A DNA stretch of 64,000 bases from Sulfolobales archaeon HS-7 (lineage in GTDB: Archaea; Thermoproteota; Thermoprotei_A; Sulfolobales; Sulfolobaceae). Shown one piece after another: positions 33,029 through 45,201 of the stretch. Under the pieces are notes generated by a model. It was given only the letters and a program-made list of their open reading frames with translations. It made no database searches and was not told the DNA's origin. The DNA lies in NCBI GenBank assembly GCA_019704295.1, contig AP024596.1:736001-800000 (forward strand), read 5' to 3'. A program made the position numbers and the translations under genes. Positions within the stretch are counted from its first letter, which is position 1, and every line of letters starts with the position of its first letter.

Positions 33029-36000
33029 TTAGGCCCACCTTATCACCTAAATTTAATCTTGGTGAGATTCCCATACTCATGAGTTCTTGTAATAGTAGTT
33101 TGAATGCGTAAGAAACAGTTACTTGGGACAAATTATATTTATCCTTGTGAATAGGACATTCATACTTCCCGGTGTTTCTATTATACCATCCTACATATCC
33201 GCATTGCTCGCAGACATAAATTGTAGCCTTATCCGAATTATCTAACAGCCTATCTTTCAATAGGAGCACAGTTCCGTATCCAATGAGGCAATCCCTTTCC
33301 ATCTCTCCAAACCTTAGTCCTCCCTCTCTTGCCCTTCCTTCTGTAGGTTGCCTAGTTAGAATCTGCACAGGACCACGAGCTCTCGCATGCATTTTATCTG
33401 CCACCATATGATGGAGTTTTTGATAATATACCACGCCGAAATACACTCTAGCTTTGATCTTTTGTCCCGTTCTCCCATCATAAACTACCTCAGTACCATC
33501 AGGTAAATGTCCATATCCTTTTAGACCTGCCTCAATCTTATCTATAGCTTCTTTATAGAACGCAGTCGCATCGACTAGGTTTCCAGAAAGAGACGCGTAT
33601 TTTCCTGCTAATCCTTCCATAAGCTGACCGAGAGTCATTCTTGATGGAAATGCGTGAGGATTAATTATTAAATCAGGTACTATACCTTCTGTTGTATATG
33701 GCATATCGGCTTGTGAGAACAGCATACCTATCACTCCTTTTTGTCCGTGTCTGGAAGCAAACTTATCACCAATTTCCGGGATACGGAGATCACGAGTTCT
33801 CACCTTAACCAGTTTGTTACCCTCCGATGTCTCAGTTATCATTACCAAATCGACTACCCCCTCCTCACCATGTCTCGCCATAACTGACGCATCCCTTTTT
33901 GATTGTTCTGCTGTCAATTCCTTGAATTCCTGAAGGAACCTTGGAGGACTTACCTTACCTATTAATACGTCACCTCCTTTTACCTCCACTTCTGGCGAAA
34001 TTACACCGTTATCCTCTAAGTTTCTGTAATATTCTTTCCCTTTATATCCACTTACGCCAGGCTCTGGAGCCTGAATTTTATCCTCCTGTCCTCCTGCATA
34101 TTTCAACTCCTCTGTGGAATAAAGTCTAAAGAATGTGGATCTATACATTCCCCTTTCTACAGCGGTTTTATTCATTATTAGAGAATCTTCAATGTTATAC
34201 CCCGAAAAGGACATTATTGCCACCACTGCGTTAGCGCCAGCAGGCCTATTGTTATATCCTATGAGATCTATTATCCTTGTAGTTACGACGGGTTTCTGCG
34301 GGTAGTGAAGTAGATGGGCTCTAGTATCAGTTCTTAGCTGATAGTTTACACTGTAAATACCTAGAGCTTGCTTTGCCATAGCTGATTGATAAGTATTACG
34401 GGGGGATTGGTTATGTTCTGGAAAAGGTATAATGGATGCCGTTATTCCCAATACTGAAGGTGGCCAAATCTCTAAGTGAGTATGCGCCTTGGTAATTTCT
34501 TTCTCATCCAATGCGATAAAGGTATTTTCCTCTTCATCGGCATCTAAAAATTCTATTTTACCCTCCTTGACAAGATCGTCAAAGGTCTTAACTCCATTTT
34601 CTAATTTCGTAATATCTTCTTCTGCTACTTTGGGCTTACCATCTTGTACTACTATGAGCGGTCTTCTAACCCTGCCCGAATCACAATTAATATACACTTC
34701 ATCTATGCTATCATTAACATAGTGAGAAACGTTAACTTCATAGTTTATCTCTCCTTCTCTCCTTCTCCTCCTTATATCTTCCGCTAATTGTTCGCCATCA
34801 GGATGATACCCTATAAGCCTTCCATTTAGAATTACTTTACTCCAAGTACTGAAATCTGATGGAGAACTGCCTTCGTTTATTTTCCTTAATATTTCGTCTT
34901 GACTCAGGACATTTAAGTCCCATAAAAACCTCTCTATATATTTTTCAGGTACTCCAACGGATATCTGTGCCATTAACGCTAAATTCTTAACTAAACCGCT
35001 GTTAGGTCCTTCTGGTGTTTCGAATGGACACATTCTTCCCCATTGCGTACCGTGCAGATCCCTTGCCTCAAAATGAGGTTGCCCTCTCGTTAGGGAAGAG
35101 ACGACACGCCGTAAATGGCTTAGTGAGGAGAGAATGTTTGTCCTATCTAGAAGCTGACTAACTCCCGTTCTACCTCCTACCCAGTTTCCGGTAGCTAGCG
35201 CATGTTTTATTCTGTCTGTTATTATGTCCGGTCTCACCATAGAACTGACAGTTATTCTCCTTCCTCTTTGTTTTGATTTTTCAAGTTGATAGGTTAAATC
35301 CTTAACAAATGCCTTAAATGCAATTCTGAAAAGTGATGCAAATAAATCTCCCGCAAGCTTTAATCTCTTATTCGCATAGTGATCTTTATCGTCAGGTTCC
35401 CTCCTACCAAGGTACAGTTCCAGTAATTTATTTGTAGCCCAGCATAAGTATAATGCCTTCTTTTTTCTATCAGAAGGATTAAGACCTAAATGTGGTAGGA
35501 AATATTTGTCTAATATTTGTTCTGCTTTTTGTATTCTACTCTCTCTTTTTTGGCCTATCGCAACTCTATTGCCTATAAAGTCGAGTGCATCTTCCACTGT
35601 AGTAATCGAAGAGGCTTGTTCCAATGAAGGAAATAACTCATTTTGAATTTCATTATCAAGAGATACTGAGTAAACAATGTCCCTATCAGAAGTTATACCT
35701 AATGCTCTTACCAATATTATGAAGGGAATTTTACCTGGGATGGAGGGAAACGACACTTGGATGGTTCCCTCCTTGTTCCTCTCTAAGGTCACTGGCACTC
35801 TGTATCCTGCCGTACTTGAGATTATCTTCGCGGTATGTGTTATATTTGCTCCAGTTTTCCCTTCGTCTGTTAAAACTTTATTTATAGCCAAATCCTCTTG
35901 AGTTACTATAACCCTTTCGCTTCCGTTAACTATAAAATAACCTCCAGGATCTTCAGGATCTTCACCAATTTCTACCAGTTTATTTCTATCAAAGCTTGAT

Positions 36001-36380
36001 AACGGATCTACGCTAGATTTTAACATTATTGGTAAATCACCAATGTAGACTTCTTCTGGTTCTCCCTCAATATTATTTTCAATAGGTGTCATTGTTAAAA
36101 AGATGGGCGCGGCATACGTTAGATTCCTCAGCCTAGCTTCCATAGGTGTAATCTGTCTTTCAGATCTGTCAGATTCCCTTATTCGTGGATATCCGATTCT
36201 AACACTTCCCAACTTAATTTTAAGGCCTGGTATTTCTGTGGTTATCTCACCCTGTTCATCAATTATTTGTTGTAGAGTTGCTGTTACGAAAGTGTTAAAG
36301 GAGTCCAAATGTTGTCTTACTAGTCCTTTAGAGGTAAAGTAATTCTTTATTAAAGACCATCTACCCTCTACGGTTAGCAT
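33021..36380 (-). CDS. rpoB: RNA polymerase subunit Rpo2 (unsplit B)
   Basis: [27 protein letters not shown]. Confidence 0.99.
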
Positions 36381-36387
36381 AGATCAT

Positions 36388-36636
36388 TTACCCCGATATT
36401 ACATATCTATATAGTATAAATTCTCCTGCTGTAGGATTTTTGCGTGTTATCCTTATAATGTCTCCAGGTTTAGCTCCTATAGCTCTTGCAATAGGATCTG
36501 AAGCCCTTATCCAAGGTAACTCCTCAGGCTTTACTCCTAGCTCTTTTAGTATTTTTACTGCCTCCGCTAGAGGAAGTTTCTCATGTTTTGGTACAAGAAC
36601 ATGATTTAAGGGGTTAAACTTTTTTGAGGATCGCAT
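36388..36636 (-). CDS. rpoH: RNA polymerase subunit Rpo5 (H)
   Basis: [20 protein letters not shown]. Confidence 0.97.
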   Translation of the reverse strand: MRSSKKFNPLNHVLVPKHEKLPLAEAVKILKELGVKPEELPWIRASDPIARAIGAKPGDIIRITRKNPTAGEFILYRYVISG

Positions 36637-36797
36637 AATACCTCACAAATTAGTAGTTCCATATATGCATGTGGTATTATTAAATCTATATTTTCAGCTA
36701 AAGTTTATCTTCTGTTCTACGCTATTGTAGAAAATAATCACCTAACCAAGTTAAGACTATGATTGTTCATCTAAGATCGTGTTATACTTCCTTAACA

Positions 36798-37000
36798 GTG
36801 ATGTTACGCGAATTTCACTAAAGATGAGACAATTTCGAAAATGGGGAAAATCTCACTAACAAGAGTACAAATTAGCTGAATTTCTATTAAAGTAGAGAAA
36901 GAACTCAACCTTACAATATAAGCTCCCTCAAAGAAATAGAAAGTATTACGTTTACGCCGTAGAGAAGAGTAAAGACGTTAGCGTAAGGGAAACTTGCATT
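36798..37000 (+). mobile_element. ISH3 left-end remnant
   Basis: Reverse-complement similarity to 2800-3017 (gacaatttcgaaaatggggaaaatctc...aaattagctgaattt). Confidence 0.6.
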
Positions 37001-37058
37001 GGCCTTTAGATAAGATCATGCAACTAGCATTAGGGGTGTTATAGGATATCACCTAAAG

Positions 37059-37132
<74 letters not shown>

Positions 37133-37217
37133 TTAACAACTATTATTCGATAATTGCCTTATAAATTCGCTCGTGTAAAAGTCTTGATATAATCGGATAA
37201 AAACACTTGACAGATTA

Positions 37218-38256
37218 TACTTGGTCAGACCTTAAAGAGCAAGATTTATATTTCGTGAGTAATACGAAATTGTTATTTCGAAATCCAGCATGCACGGAAT
37301 AAGGCTTAACAAGAAGCAAGAGGAGGATTAACGCAGTGAAAGACGTGAGGGACGGGATAAGGGATGTCGCGAGGAAGTACGACGTGTCCATCTTCACCGT
37401 ATACAAGTGATTGGGGAGGGATGATCCGAGCGCGAAACCGAGGAGTCATGAAAATAAAGGACGAGGAAAAACTCGTCAAGATCTTGGAAAAGAGTCCTAG
37501 AGACTTGGGGTTGAACTGTGATTTTTGGACATTGAAGCTCGTAGCCTACGTGCTTGAGAGGGAGTTCTGGGTAAAGTACAACCCAAGGAGCTTGGGCCCA
37601 GTCCTCAACAAGTTGGACTTCAAGTACAAGAAGGTCAAGAGAACCTACGTAAGGGACGAGAAGGCCGTGGAGGGATGGGTTAGGGAACAAGGGGAGAGAC
37701 TTTTTAAAAAAATAGCCGAGGGATACAAGGTACACGTCTTTGTCGTGTCGCCCGTAAACAAGGGTTGGATGAAGGCAGGAGCAGGGGTAAAAGTTAACCC
37801 CAAGAGGAAGAGGTTTGCAGTAATAGGAGGAATAATGATAAGCAAAGCGGGAATAACCTTTACCTACTCGACCTACAAGAAGCCCTCGTTGAATTCCGAG
37901 GATATCATACTTGAGAAAGGTGATAAAGGACGAGAAGGTCGTGGTGATAATGGACAACACCAGAATCCAAGGAAATAGAGTGAGGAAATTCCTTGAGGAG
38001 AACGGCGTGGATTTCGTTTACTTACCGCCCTACTCCCCAGACAAGAGCCCAGCTGAGGGACCTTGGGCGATCCTCAAGAGAAAGCTCTACTCCAAGATCT
38101 ACACGGACTTCGAGACGTTAACGTGAGACGCAAGAAGGTTTCTACGTTCGATATCCAAGAGAGTAGGTGACCTCGTATACAGTGTGAAAAGGTGTGGTGA
38201 ACCCCAGACGTCAATACTGAGTGAAGTTCCCTTGTCCTTTAAAGCCTGACGGAGTA
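37218..38256 (+). mobile_element. IS630-family element (~1.04 kb, ISC1048-like), transposase inactivated
   Basis: TIR TACTTGGTCAGAC / GCCTGACGGAGTA with TA on the left. Fragments WTLKLV, MDNTRIQ, LPPYSPDKSPAEGPW; frameshifts, a TGA, and loss of the first catalytic D. Confidence 0.88.
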
Positions 38257-38301
38257 TGATATGCTACTATTTATTCATCATGCTGTCAAAGTCCTCATCG
38301 T

Positions 38302-39576
38302 TCATATTTTTTCCACAATATCATCTAACTTATCAAATTCTACTTTCTGCTGATATTTATTTTTAAGGTTCTTTAAAATCAGTGTATTTTCCTTTAGTTC
38401 TTTGTTGCCTAATATAATTGCGTAGTCAAATTGAAGTTCGCCATAATGGGATAGTAATTTCCCTATAGATGTCTGTTTTTGATTGATAACCACAGAATAT
38501 CCTTTTTTTCTCAACATAGAAATTTTTTTATAAGCTTTGATAAGAGCCTCATCATTAAGAGCAATAAGCACAATCTTTTTTCCTTCAATTTTCAGCTCAC
38601 GCAGTTGTTCAGCTGTTCTTTCAACACCTATTGCAAATCCTATAGCTGGAGTAGGCGGACCGCCATAAAGCTCTACTAACTCATCATATCTTCCTCCACC
38701 TGCTATACTATAGGGAAGCGAATCGTATATCACCTCAAATATTATGCCAGTATAATATGCAAGACCTCTTACAAATCCTGGATTTGTTATGTGTTTTATA
38801 CCAAATCTATCCAGAGTATCAGATACACGTTTTAGATAGTTTATCTCACTCACGCTATCATTGAGATTAAGTACTTCAGCCTCGGCTTGGAGTTTATCTA
38901 AAGTTTTATTATCGGTATTATCACTCTTAATAAGTTTTAATACAAACTCTAAGTGCTTTTCATCACGTATGAAATTAGATAGCTTCTCCTGTGCCTCATC
39001 AAACAGTCTCTTATCTATATAGTGTAATAGAGAGGCTTGTGTATCTCTATCAACATTATATTTTTCCATAATTCTTCTTAATATGCCTATATTTCCTAGT
39101 TTTATTTCTATATTCTCAGTAAAATCTAATTCCTCGTAAAAGTTATGAAGTAAAAGAATAACTTCTATATCCGACCAAAGACCTTTCTCACCAAACATCT
39201 CTATACCCGCTTGCCTAAATTCCCTATATCTCCCATTTTGAGGCTCGTCATATCTATAAACAGTTCCAGAGTAATAGAGTCTTACTGGCTTTGGAAATGA
39301 GAGCATGTACCTCAAGAATACCCTTACTGCACTTGGAGTAATCTCGGGTCGTAGAGATAAAAGTCTACCAGCCTTATCCTGAAATACGTACATGGTCTTA
39401 CTTATTTCCTCACCACTTTTTTTAGCAAAAAGTTCAAAATTCTCAACTACAGGAGTTATTATCTCGTTATATCCCGCTCTACTCACTACTGTTTTAAAGG
39501 TTCTAATTACATATTCAATTTTCTCTGCTTCCTCACCATAATAGTCTTGCATTCCACGAGGAGGTTGAAAGTTCAC
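38302..39576 (-). CDS. hisS: Histidine--tRNA ligase
   Basis: PRGMQD, LRPEIT, YRYDEPQNGRYREFRQ, RGLAYYTG, GGGRYD. Confidence 0.97.
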   Translation of the reverse strand: MNFQPPRGMQDYYGEEAEKIEYVIRTFKTVVSRAGYNEIITPVVENFELFAKKSGEEISKTMYVFQDKAGRLLSLRPEITPSAVRVFLRYMLSFPKPVRLYYSGTVYRYDEPQNGRYREFRQAGIEMFGEKGLWSDIEVILLLHNFYEELDFTENIEIKLGNIGILRRIMEKYNVDRDTQASLLHYIDKRLFDEAQEKLSNFIRDEKHLEFVLKLIKSDNTDNKTLDKLQAEAEVLNLNDSVSEINYLKRVSDTLDRFGIKHITNPGFVRGLAYYTGIIFEVIYDSLPYSIAGGGRYDELVELYGGPPTPAIGFAIGVERTAEQLRELKIEGKKIVLIALNDEALIKAYKKISMLRKKGYSVVINQKQTSIGKLLSHYGELQFDYAIILGNKELKENTLILKNLKNKYQQKVEFDKLDDIVEKI

Positions 39577-39585
39577 TTGTTTTCA

Positions 39586-40044
39586 CTAAAAGACATTACT
39601 TTCCGATAGATTATAATATGTTATATCTCCGTACTTATCGATTATTGCTAAAAATAATTCTTTGGAATTTTTCCTAGAAAATCTAAGTATCTCGAAAATC
39701 TTGCTAGGGTATATCTCCTCATTTTCACTCACAATATATATCACCGCGTATGGTTCCCCTTCTTTACTAGTTAAAAGAAGTAATGATGATTCGAATGGAC
39801 CATCTTCTAACACTCTTCCTTTCTCCCTTAAATCAACATAAACGATAAATTTCTTCCACAACGTTATATCGCGACGGTATAACGACAATATAATCTCCTG
39901 AAATTCCGATTTCTTGCCTTTCATTATTATATTTAATTTCGATTTAAATAACAAATACAATATCTCAAACACATCCCTGTAACGCTTATCTTTAAAGAGC
40001 TCATCAATATTATTAATATAAATATTTTCAGTTTCCTCCGACAC
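39586..40044 (-). CDS. tRNA-splicing endonuclease, non-catalytic structural subunit
   Basis: KFIVYVDLREKG and LAIIDKYGDITYY (EndA fold) without the catalytic Y/H/K signature. Confidence 0.8.
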   Translation of the reverse strand: MSEETENIYINNIDELFKDKRYRDVFEILYLLFKSKLNIIMKGKKSEFQEIILSLYRRDITLWKKFIVYVDLREKGRVLEDGPFESSLLLLTSKEGEPYAVIYIVSENEEIYPSKIFEILRFSRKNSKELFLAIIDKYGDITYYNLSESNVF

Positions 40045-40099
40045 CGTACTCTACTTGTTCATAAATTCAAAATTATAGGTTAATTAGTATTATCTTTAT

Positions 40100-40657
40100 A
40101 TGAGATGTGATGTATGTGGAAGTAACATGGTAATAGAGGATATACGTAATGGTGAAATTGTTTGTATGAATTGTGGCATTGTTTTAGGACAGATTTATGA
40201 AAATCAAATAAATGATTACTATAGCGATGAACTGATTTATCCCTCATGGAACAGCTCAGATCTGAATCAGAGAAAGCTCAGAATATCGTCTTTTAGAAAA
40301 TATAGGGCATTAATGCGAAGACCTCTCCTCCTTTTTAACCAAAAGATAGCAGCTAATGTTTTTATATCAAAAAAATATAGTCCTAAACTTTTTATTCATT
40401 TGAATTCTCTTAGGGCTAGAAAAATCCTAGAAGATAAGGAAATATTATCATATTATAATAAAATTATTCAAAAAGACTTCTTATCAGGGAGGAGTGATAG
40501 AATTAAAATAGCTTTAGCAATATATTTATATAATGTTAGTCGTGGAAAAAGAAACGACTTTGCTTTTTTAAAGAAGATTGGAGTTTCTGAAGCATATTTT
40601 AAGAAAGTCATAAGAAAAATAGGAAGAACCAGGCTCATTCAGCTTATGCAAAACTAG
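40100..40657 (+). CDS. tfb3: Truncated TFIIB homologue TFB3
   Basis: N-terminal Zn ribbon CDVCGS...GEIVCMNCG, 185 aa, no full cyclin repeats; adjacent to the hisS/EndA subunit genes as in Sulfolobales. Confidence 0.8.
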   Translation: MRCDVCGSNMVIEDIRNGEIVCMNCGIVLGQIYENQINDYYSDELIYPSWNSSDLNQRKLRISSFRKYRALMRRPLLLFNQKIAANVFISKKYSPKLFIHLNSLRARKILEDKEILSYYNKIIQKDFLSGRSDRIKIALAIYLYNVSRGKRNDFAFLKKIGVSEAYFKKVIRKIGRTRLIQLMQN

Positions 40658-40745
40658 TCCCAATTAATCGTAATTCGATATAAATTGATCAAGCCTTTTA
40701 TGAATATAATGAATAAGAAACACTACTTCTCCCATTTTTACACGA

Positions 40746-41118
40746 GATAGTATTAAATGTGTAATTAACGTGAATAACTAAATAAACTAAAAAGTTATAA
40801 AACACGTCTCTCTAGAATTAAAATTGTTTAATTACTAGTGAAGAAACAATATAAAATCAGTTTATTGAACAAAATCACAAGTAATCTCGCATTTTTTGAT
40901 AATCAAGGCTAGGGATGAGTTTCTCTAGCGGGGTTTTAAGTGGAGATTTCAGCGTTTAGTAATAGACCTAACCGCGTCATCACGATCAGTATCTTAAAGT
41001 ACATTATGGGTTCGTACTTGGAGAACTTAAGGCGCTCGAACTCCCTGACAACTACGTCCTCCAACTCACTCAGGATTTTGATAAGGTCAAAAGGATATTT
41101 ACTCTTCTAACCCAAGTA
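40746..41118 (+). mobile_element. Left end of the ~365-bp MITE family plus a probable transposase fragment
   Basis: 40746-40915 aligns with 61693-61860 and 56618-56785, then continues into unrelated degraded sequence. Confidence 0.65.
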
Positions 41119-41300
41119 CTTCAACAGGGAAAACATGCAGCACTAGGGATGAGGATAGCGAGTCCCTACAACGGTTTAGTTTTAAGAGGTGCAAGTTTAT
41201 CAAGACCAAGAACGTCAAGAAATACAACGTTGATCTAGGTACAATTCTAGACTCCCTCTTCCCATAGCTATGTTAGAGGCGAAGCGTGTAGTGCCTTGAA
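41119..41300. repeat. ~185-bp dispersed repeat, copy 3 of 3
   Basis: Aligns with 13637-13820 and 19612-19793. Confidence 0.85.
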
Positions 41301-41596
41301 GTACTAGATGGAGAAGCACGGCAAGACACTGACCCTTGTGAATCCTGCATTCACATCTAAAACCTGCGTGAGGTGCGGTTACATGAAAGACGACTTAACC
41401 CTTCTTGACCGAGCGTTCTTCTGTACTAAATGCGGATGAGTCACTGATCGTGATTACAACGCTTCCCTGAACATTCTACGTAAATCAGGGTCAGTACGAC
41501 CCTCAGGGCTTGTGAAGCTCCGCCTTCTACCAATACTTAGGTACTAGTAAGGTGGGGCTTGGAAGCAGTAAGCCCTGTTTAGGGGGGTGAGTTCAC
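41295..41596 (+). mobile_element. tnpB 3' fragment plus omega-RNA/right end of an ISC1316-like element
   Basis: [14 protein letters not shown]...FFCTKCG*VTDRDYNASLNIL, then a right end ending TTCAC that abuts the thyX stop codon. Confidence 0.88.
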
Positions 41597-42349
41597 TTAC
41601 GAATGTTCATTAGATATGTTGGATATAGTATAGCTACTTCTTGCATTCTGAATACATCTCCATATTCCGTCTCGGGGGACACCCTCTACACATCTCTCTG
41701 AAACAAACTCCTTTTTATCATCTACTGTAATAGGTTCTTTTCTTATCCAGTTCTCGTGAAGTATGCATGACGGTCCTGCATATTTGAATATCCTAGGGTG
41801 CACACTACGTACTTGTTCAAACATAGCCCAGGCAACTTCCCTTATTTCCCATTGGGCCCTGCTGCATAGCCTCAACGCGAAGAAGTTTATCAACTCTCTA
41901 GCATTCATGGTTACAACTATATTCGTGTTTACGCCATTCGGCAAAATATAGCGGGCGTCCTCCTCTGGTACTCCCGATGATAGCAGAGAGAAATACATCT
42001 CATACTCCTTTTTATAAAGTTCCTCTATCTTACCTTCTGCGGAAGGAGGTACTACTGGCTGGTAGTACTGGTCGATAGGTCTCGCAAACCGATGACTGGT
42101 TTGGGTATAAGATGCTATCCTGTGCCTGATTAACTGGTGGGATGCTACGCGAGATATACCCTCAATTGAAAAAGTGTAAGATATATGTTCGAATGGCGAT
42201 AGGTAGTTGTGAAGAAAAGCTTCTCTTATCCATACGTCAACCTCCTCATCGGGTATTTCCCTCCATCCCTTCCTTGTCCTACTTATTTTAGAAGCTATCG
42301 CAACTATTTTTTCCGCATCGTGCAAGTAAGATACTAAGACGACTCTCAT
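41597..42349 (-). CDS. thyX: Flavin-dependent thymidylate synthase
   Basis: [37 protein letters not shown]. Confidence 0.96.
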   Translation of the reverse strand: MRVVLVSYLHDAEKIVAIASKISRTRKGWREIPDEEVDVWIREAFLHNYLSPFEHISYTFSIEGISRVASHQLIRHRIASYTQTSHRFARPIDQYYQPVVPPSAEGKIEELYKKEYEMYFSLLSSGVPEEDARYILPNGVNTNIVVTMNARELINFFALRLCSRAQWEIREVAWAMFEQVRSVHPRIFKYAGPSCILHENWIRKEPITVDDKKEFVSERCVEGVPRDGIWRCIQNARSSYTISNISNEHS

Positions 42350-42644
42350 AATATGATATACTCTTATTATGCTTAGATTTTAACCAACTTTACTCCTTAA
42401 TACTCGCCTTTTGCTGTAGCAGTTTGAGTAGATAAGATATAGGTTTATTTAATTCATCTTTATGGAATCAGAGAAGACCTGTGAGAGTGGTTAGCCCATC
42501 ATAAAAAAGAGTTTGTAAATGATAATGTAGTATTAAAGAAGCAAGCATTACCGAAACGCCTAAGCGAAGGCTGATGTAATACGCCTCCCCTTCAATTAAC
42601 ATTCCAGATTAATAACATCATGAACATCAAATTCGATACATTTT

Positions 42645-42727
42645 CTGAACCACCCTCAGTGACAGTAGAATCCTTTACCGTCGGTGGAAAACGGGAAGTT
42701 GTGCTCGTGAGGTACAGCGTAGTTCAC
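42645..42727 (+). mobile_element. Isolated IS200/IS605 right end (omega-RNA 3' scaffold)
   Basis: GGGAAG, hairpin GTTGTGC-TCGTGAG-GTACAGC, then GTAGTTCAC. Confidence 0.65.
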
Positions 42728-42765
42728 CATTAGAGAAGGTATGGGGTATTTTTCCTAGAAATGTT

Positions 42766-43110
42766 CTAACATATCCTTGTACCTGGTTGCACATCATTAT
42801 CCGTTGTAAGCAGTTGTGGCCTTATCCCTTTCTCCTCGTCGTCTTTACAACCAGCAGCCAATATCATTCCTTGACTTTCGTAACCTCTGATTCTCTTCGT
42901 TCTCAAATTCGTAATAACAACTACTCTTTTATTTACTAAGCTACTTGGCTCGTAGTAATCTGCTATGCCAGATATTATTTGCCTGTATTCTGATCCAATG
43001 TCAACAACTAATTTGAGTAATTTTGTGCCTTCAATTCTTTCTGCCTCCTTTACAACACCTATTCTTAAATCTAACTTCCCGAAGTATTCTATATCGATCT
43101 GCTCACTCAT
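42766..43110 (-). CDS. tRNA-binding protein (Trbp111 / MetRS C-terminal-like)
   Basis: LDLRIG, KLLKLVVDIG, RQIISGI, ESQGMILAA. Confidence 0.92.
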   Translation of the reverse strand: MSEQIDIEYFGKLDLRIGVVKEAERIEGTKLLKLVVDIGSEYRQIISGIADYYEPSSLVNKRVVVITNLRTKRIRGYESQGMILAAGCKDDEEKGIRPQLLTTDNDVQPGTRIC

Positions 43111-43340
43111 ATTTCATGAGTTTTATCAGAGGAATTTAAGATTTACCAGATTTTTATTTTATATGAAATTATACGTTTTCTATATATATAAATTAAAAAT
43201 TTATAAAGGAGTACAAGGAAAATCTGAAAGAATTGGCATGTGTAAATCCATATCTTCTCTATAACGCTGAAAAATCCTTTTCAATGATAAGTTTTCTTTG
43301 CTTCTGTGAGTTGTCCAGGAATATATTATTATATCTAATA

Positions 43341-44720
43341 TCATGAATTAATAGTATTTTTAGAATACTTATGAACTTTCCCGTTCAATATGTCGTTAAT
43401 TACTCTCTTAGCGTATTCTATAGCGGAGTCAATCAGTGTGTATGTAGCACCGAGATATCCCTGTGGAGAAAGCAAGTCGGGTAATTCCTCCTTTTTTATA
43501 TATCTTAATATTTCTTCATTACTCATTATTAGAGATACAAAATCTCTTCCAGTTTTATCAGCCACTTCGACTATCTTTCTCACTAGTTTATAAGAATCAG
43601 ATCTGTTAAGACCCTTAAGAGTAAGTTTAGTTACTAACGCTTCGGACATTATTCTACCTTGTGTAAGTATTAAATTTTTATATATATTTATTTCATTAAT
43701 CTTAATATTATCTAAAATATAAATTAGATCTATTAATATTTGGTCAACAGTAAGGAAAACATGAGAAATTTCAATCCTTTCGGATGAACTGTTACTTAAG
43801 TCTCTTTCATTCCATAAAGCTATATTTTCCAACGCGGTGATAACAAACCCCCTAATGATCCTAGATAGACCGGATATTCTCTCCGCTGAAAACGGATTGT
43901 TTTTTTGAGGGAGAGAGGAGCTTCCTGCACTTTTATGGATCTCTTCAATTTCTCCAATCTCAGTTCTCATTAATTCCCTTATCTCCACAGCAAATCTCTC
44001 GGCAATCGAAGCCAATACAGCCAAATCAGATATTACCTCTGCTATTCCATCCCGGGGAGCTACTTGTGTAGTAATTGTATAACAAGGTATATTTAACACA
44101 TCTGAAAAATATTGTTGAATACTAGTTCCTGCGTCTCCCCAAGGGGCCATCGTTCCGGTCGCACCAGATATCTTACATAAAACAACCCGCTTTTCCGCAT
44201 CAAAAAGTCTTTCTGTAGCCCTTGAGAACTCGAAAAGGTAATTTGCAAATTTAAAGCCTAATGTTATAGGTAACGCGTGTTGACCATGTGTTCTAGCTAC
44301 CATGATCGTTTTTTTATATCTTATTGAGTATTCTACTAACTTTGATAATATATAATATAATTTTTTATATATTATAGTGAGAGATTCCTTTATCTGCAAG
44401 GAAATGATAGTATCGATTATGTCCGCACTACTCAATCCATAATGTAAATAACGTATTTTACTACCTTTTAGTTCGATTAATTCTAATAATGAGGAGATCT
44501 CATGTTCGGTATTATCGTTAACTTTATCCTCAATATGTATATTATTCAATGTAGAAACTAAATTACTGGCTTCATCGTCTTTTATTATTCCTGCTTTATT
44601 AAGAGCTCCTATTAAATTACGCTCTATTAGTAATATATTATCAAAATAATTTTTCCTACTGAAAATATTCCTCATTTCTTCAGAGCCATACCTAAAGTCC
44701 AAAGGACAGACATCACTCAT
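43341..44720 (-). CDS. purB: Adenylosuccinate lyase
   Basis: RYGSEEMRNIF, RTHGQHA, SGATGT, SSSLPQKNNP, ERDLSNS. Confidence 0.9.
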   Translation of the reverse strand: MSDVCPLDFRYGSEEMRNIFSRKNYFDNILLIERNLIGALNKAGIIKDDEASNLVSTLNNIHIEDKVNDNTEHEISSLLELIELKGSKIRYLHYGLSSADIIDTIISLQIKESLTIIYKKLYYILSKLVEYSIRYKKTIMVARTHGQHALPITLGFKFANYLFEFSRATERLFDAEKRVVLCKISGATGTMAPWGDAGTSIQQYFSDVLNIPCYTITTQVAPRDGIAEVISDLAVLASIAERFAVEIRELMRTEIGEIEEIHKSAGSSSLPQKNNPFSAERISGLSRIIRGFVITALENIALWNERDLSNSSSERIEISHVFLTVDQILIDLIYILDNIKINEINIYKNLILTQGRIMSEALVTKLTLKGLNRSDSYKLVRKIVEVADKTGRDFVSLIMSNEEILRYIKKEELPDLLSPQGYLGATYTLIDSAIEYAKRVINDILNGKVHKYSKNTINS

Positions 44721-44914
44721 ATATAATATCTCTCCTTACCTCATATATATCGTAAGTTATCCTGACATATTCGTATTAAGACGGATACAATACATTATAA
44801 CTCCACAATCCAATATTAAATGCGTAATTAACATTGAATGACTAGATTAAGTAAAAAGGTCAATCCTGTCTTACTGAAAATCTCATATTTTCTTGCTCTC
44901 ATACTAGGAGTTAG

Positions 44915-45138
44915 GAAACCCCTCGCTTAAACTTTAACGTCTTCGTTTCTTCTCACTTGGTAATACCAAGCACTGGGTGTTACTTTATCTGTAAAAACTA
45001 GGTTACGTACCCTTTCCTGAGACAAAAGTCATTGTTTTCTTTACTTTAACAGAAACTTAGCAAATTTCTACTCTTAAGAACGAGATTTTCCAGTGTTTTC
45101 GAAATTATCTCATTTTTAGTAAAATTGGCGAAATGTCA
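44915..45138 (-). mobile_element. ISH3 left-end remnant
   Basis: Colinear with 2795-3012 (ccctcgcttaaactttaacgt...aaaattggcgaaa). Confidence 0.85.
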
Positions 45139-45201
45139 CCGTTTAAAAAGTATATATTTTTGAATATGGAGAGCCGAAGTAACATTAGAAGAGGATAGCT
45201 C

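Noticed and set aside
37394-37960. 188-aa minus-strand ORF
   Set aside because: Antisense shadow of the IS630 transposase.
38257-38304. C/D-like motifs on the minus strand after hisS (CGATGA...ATGATGA)
   Set aside because: No box D at a suitable distance and no convincing target.
43900-43930. purB signature SSSLPQKNNP differs from SSxMPxKxN
   Set aside because: The catalytic Ser, Lys and His residues are retained; M to L is conservative.
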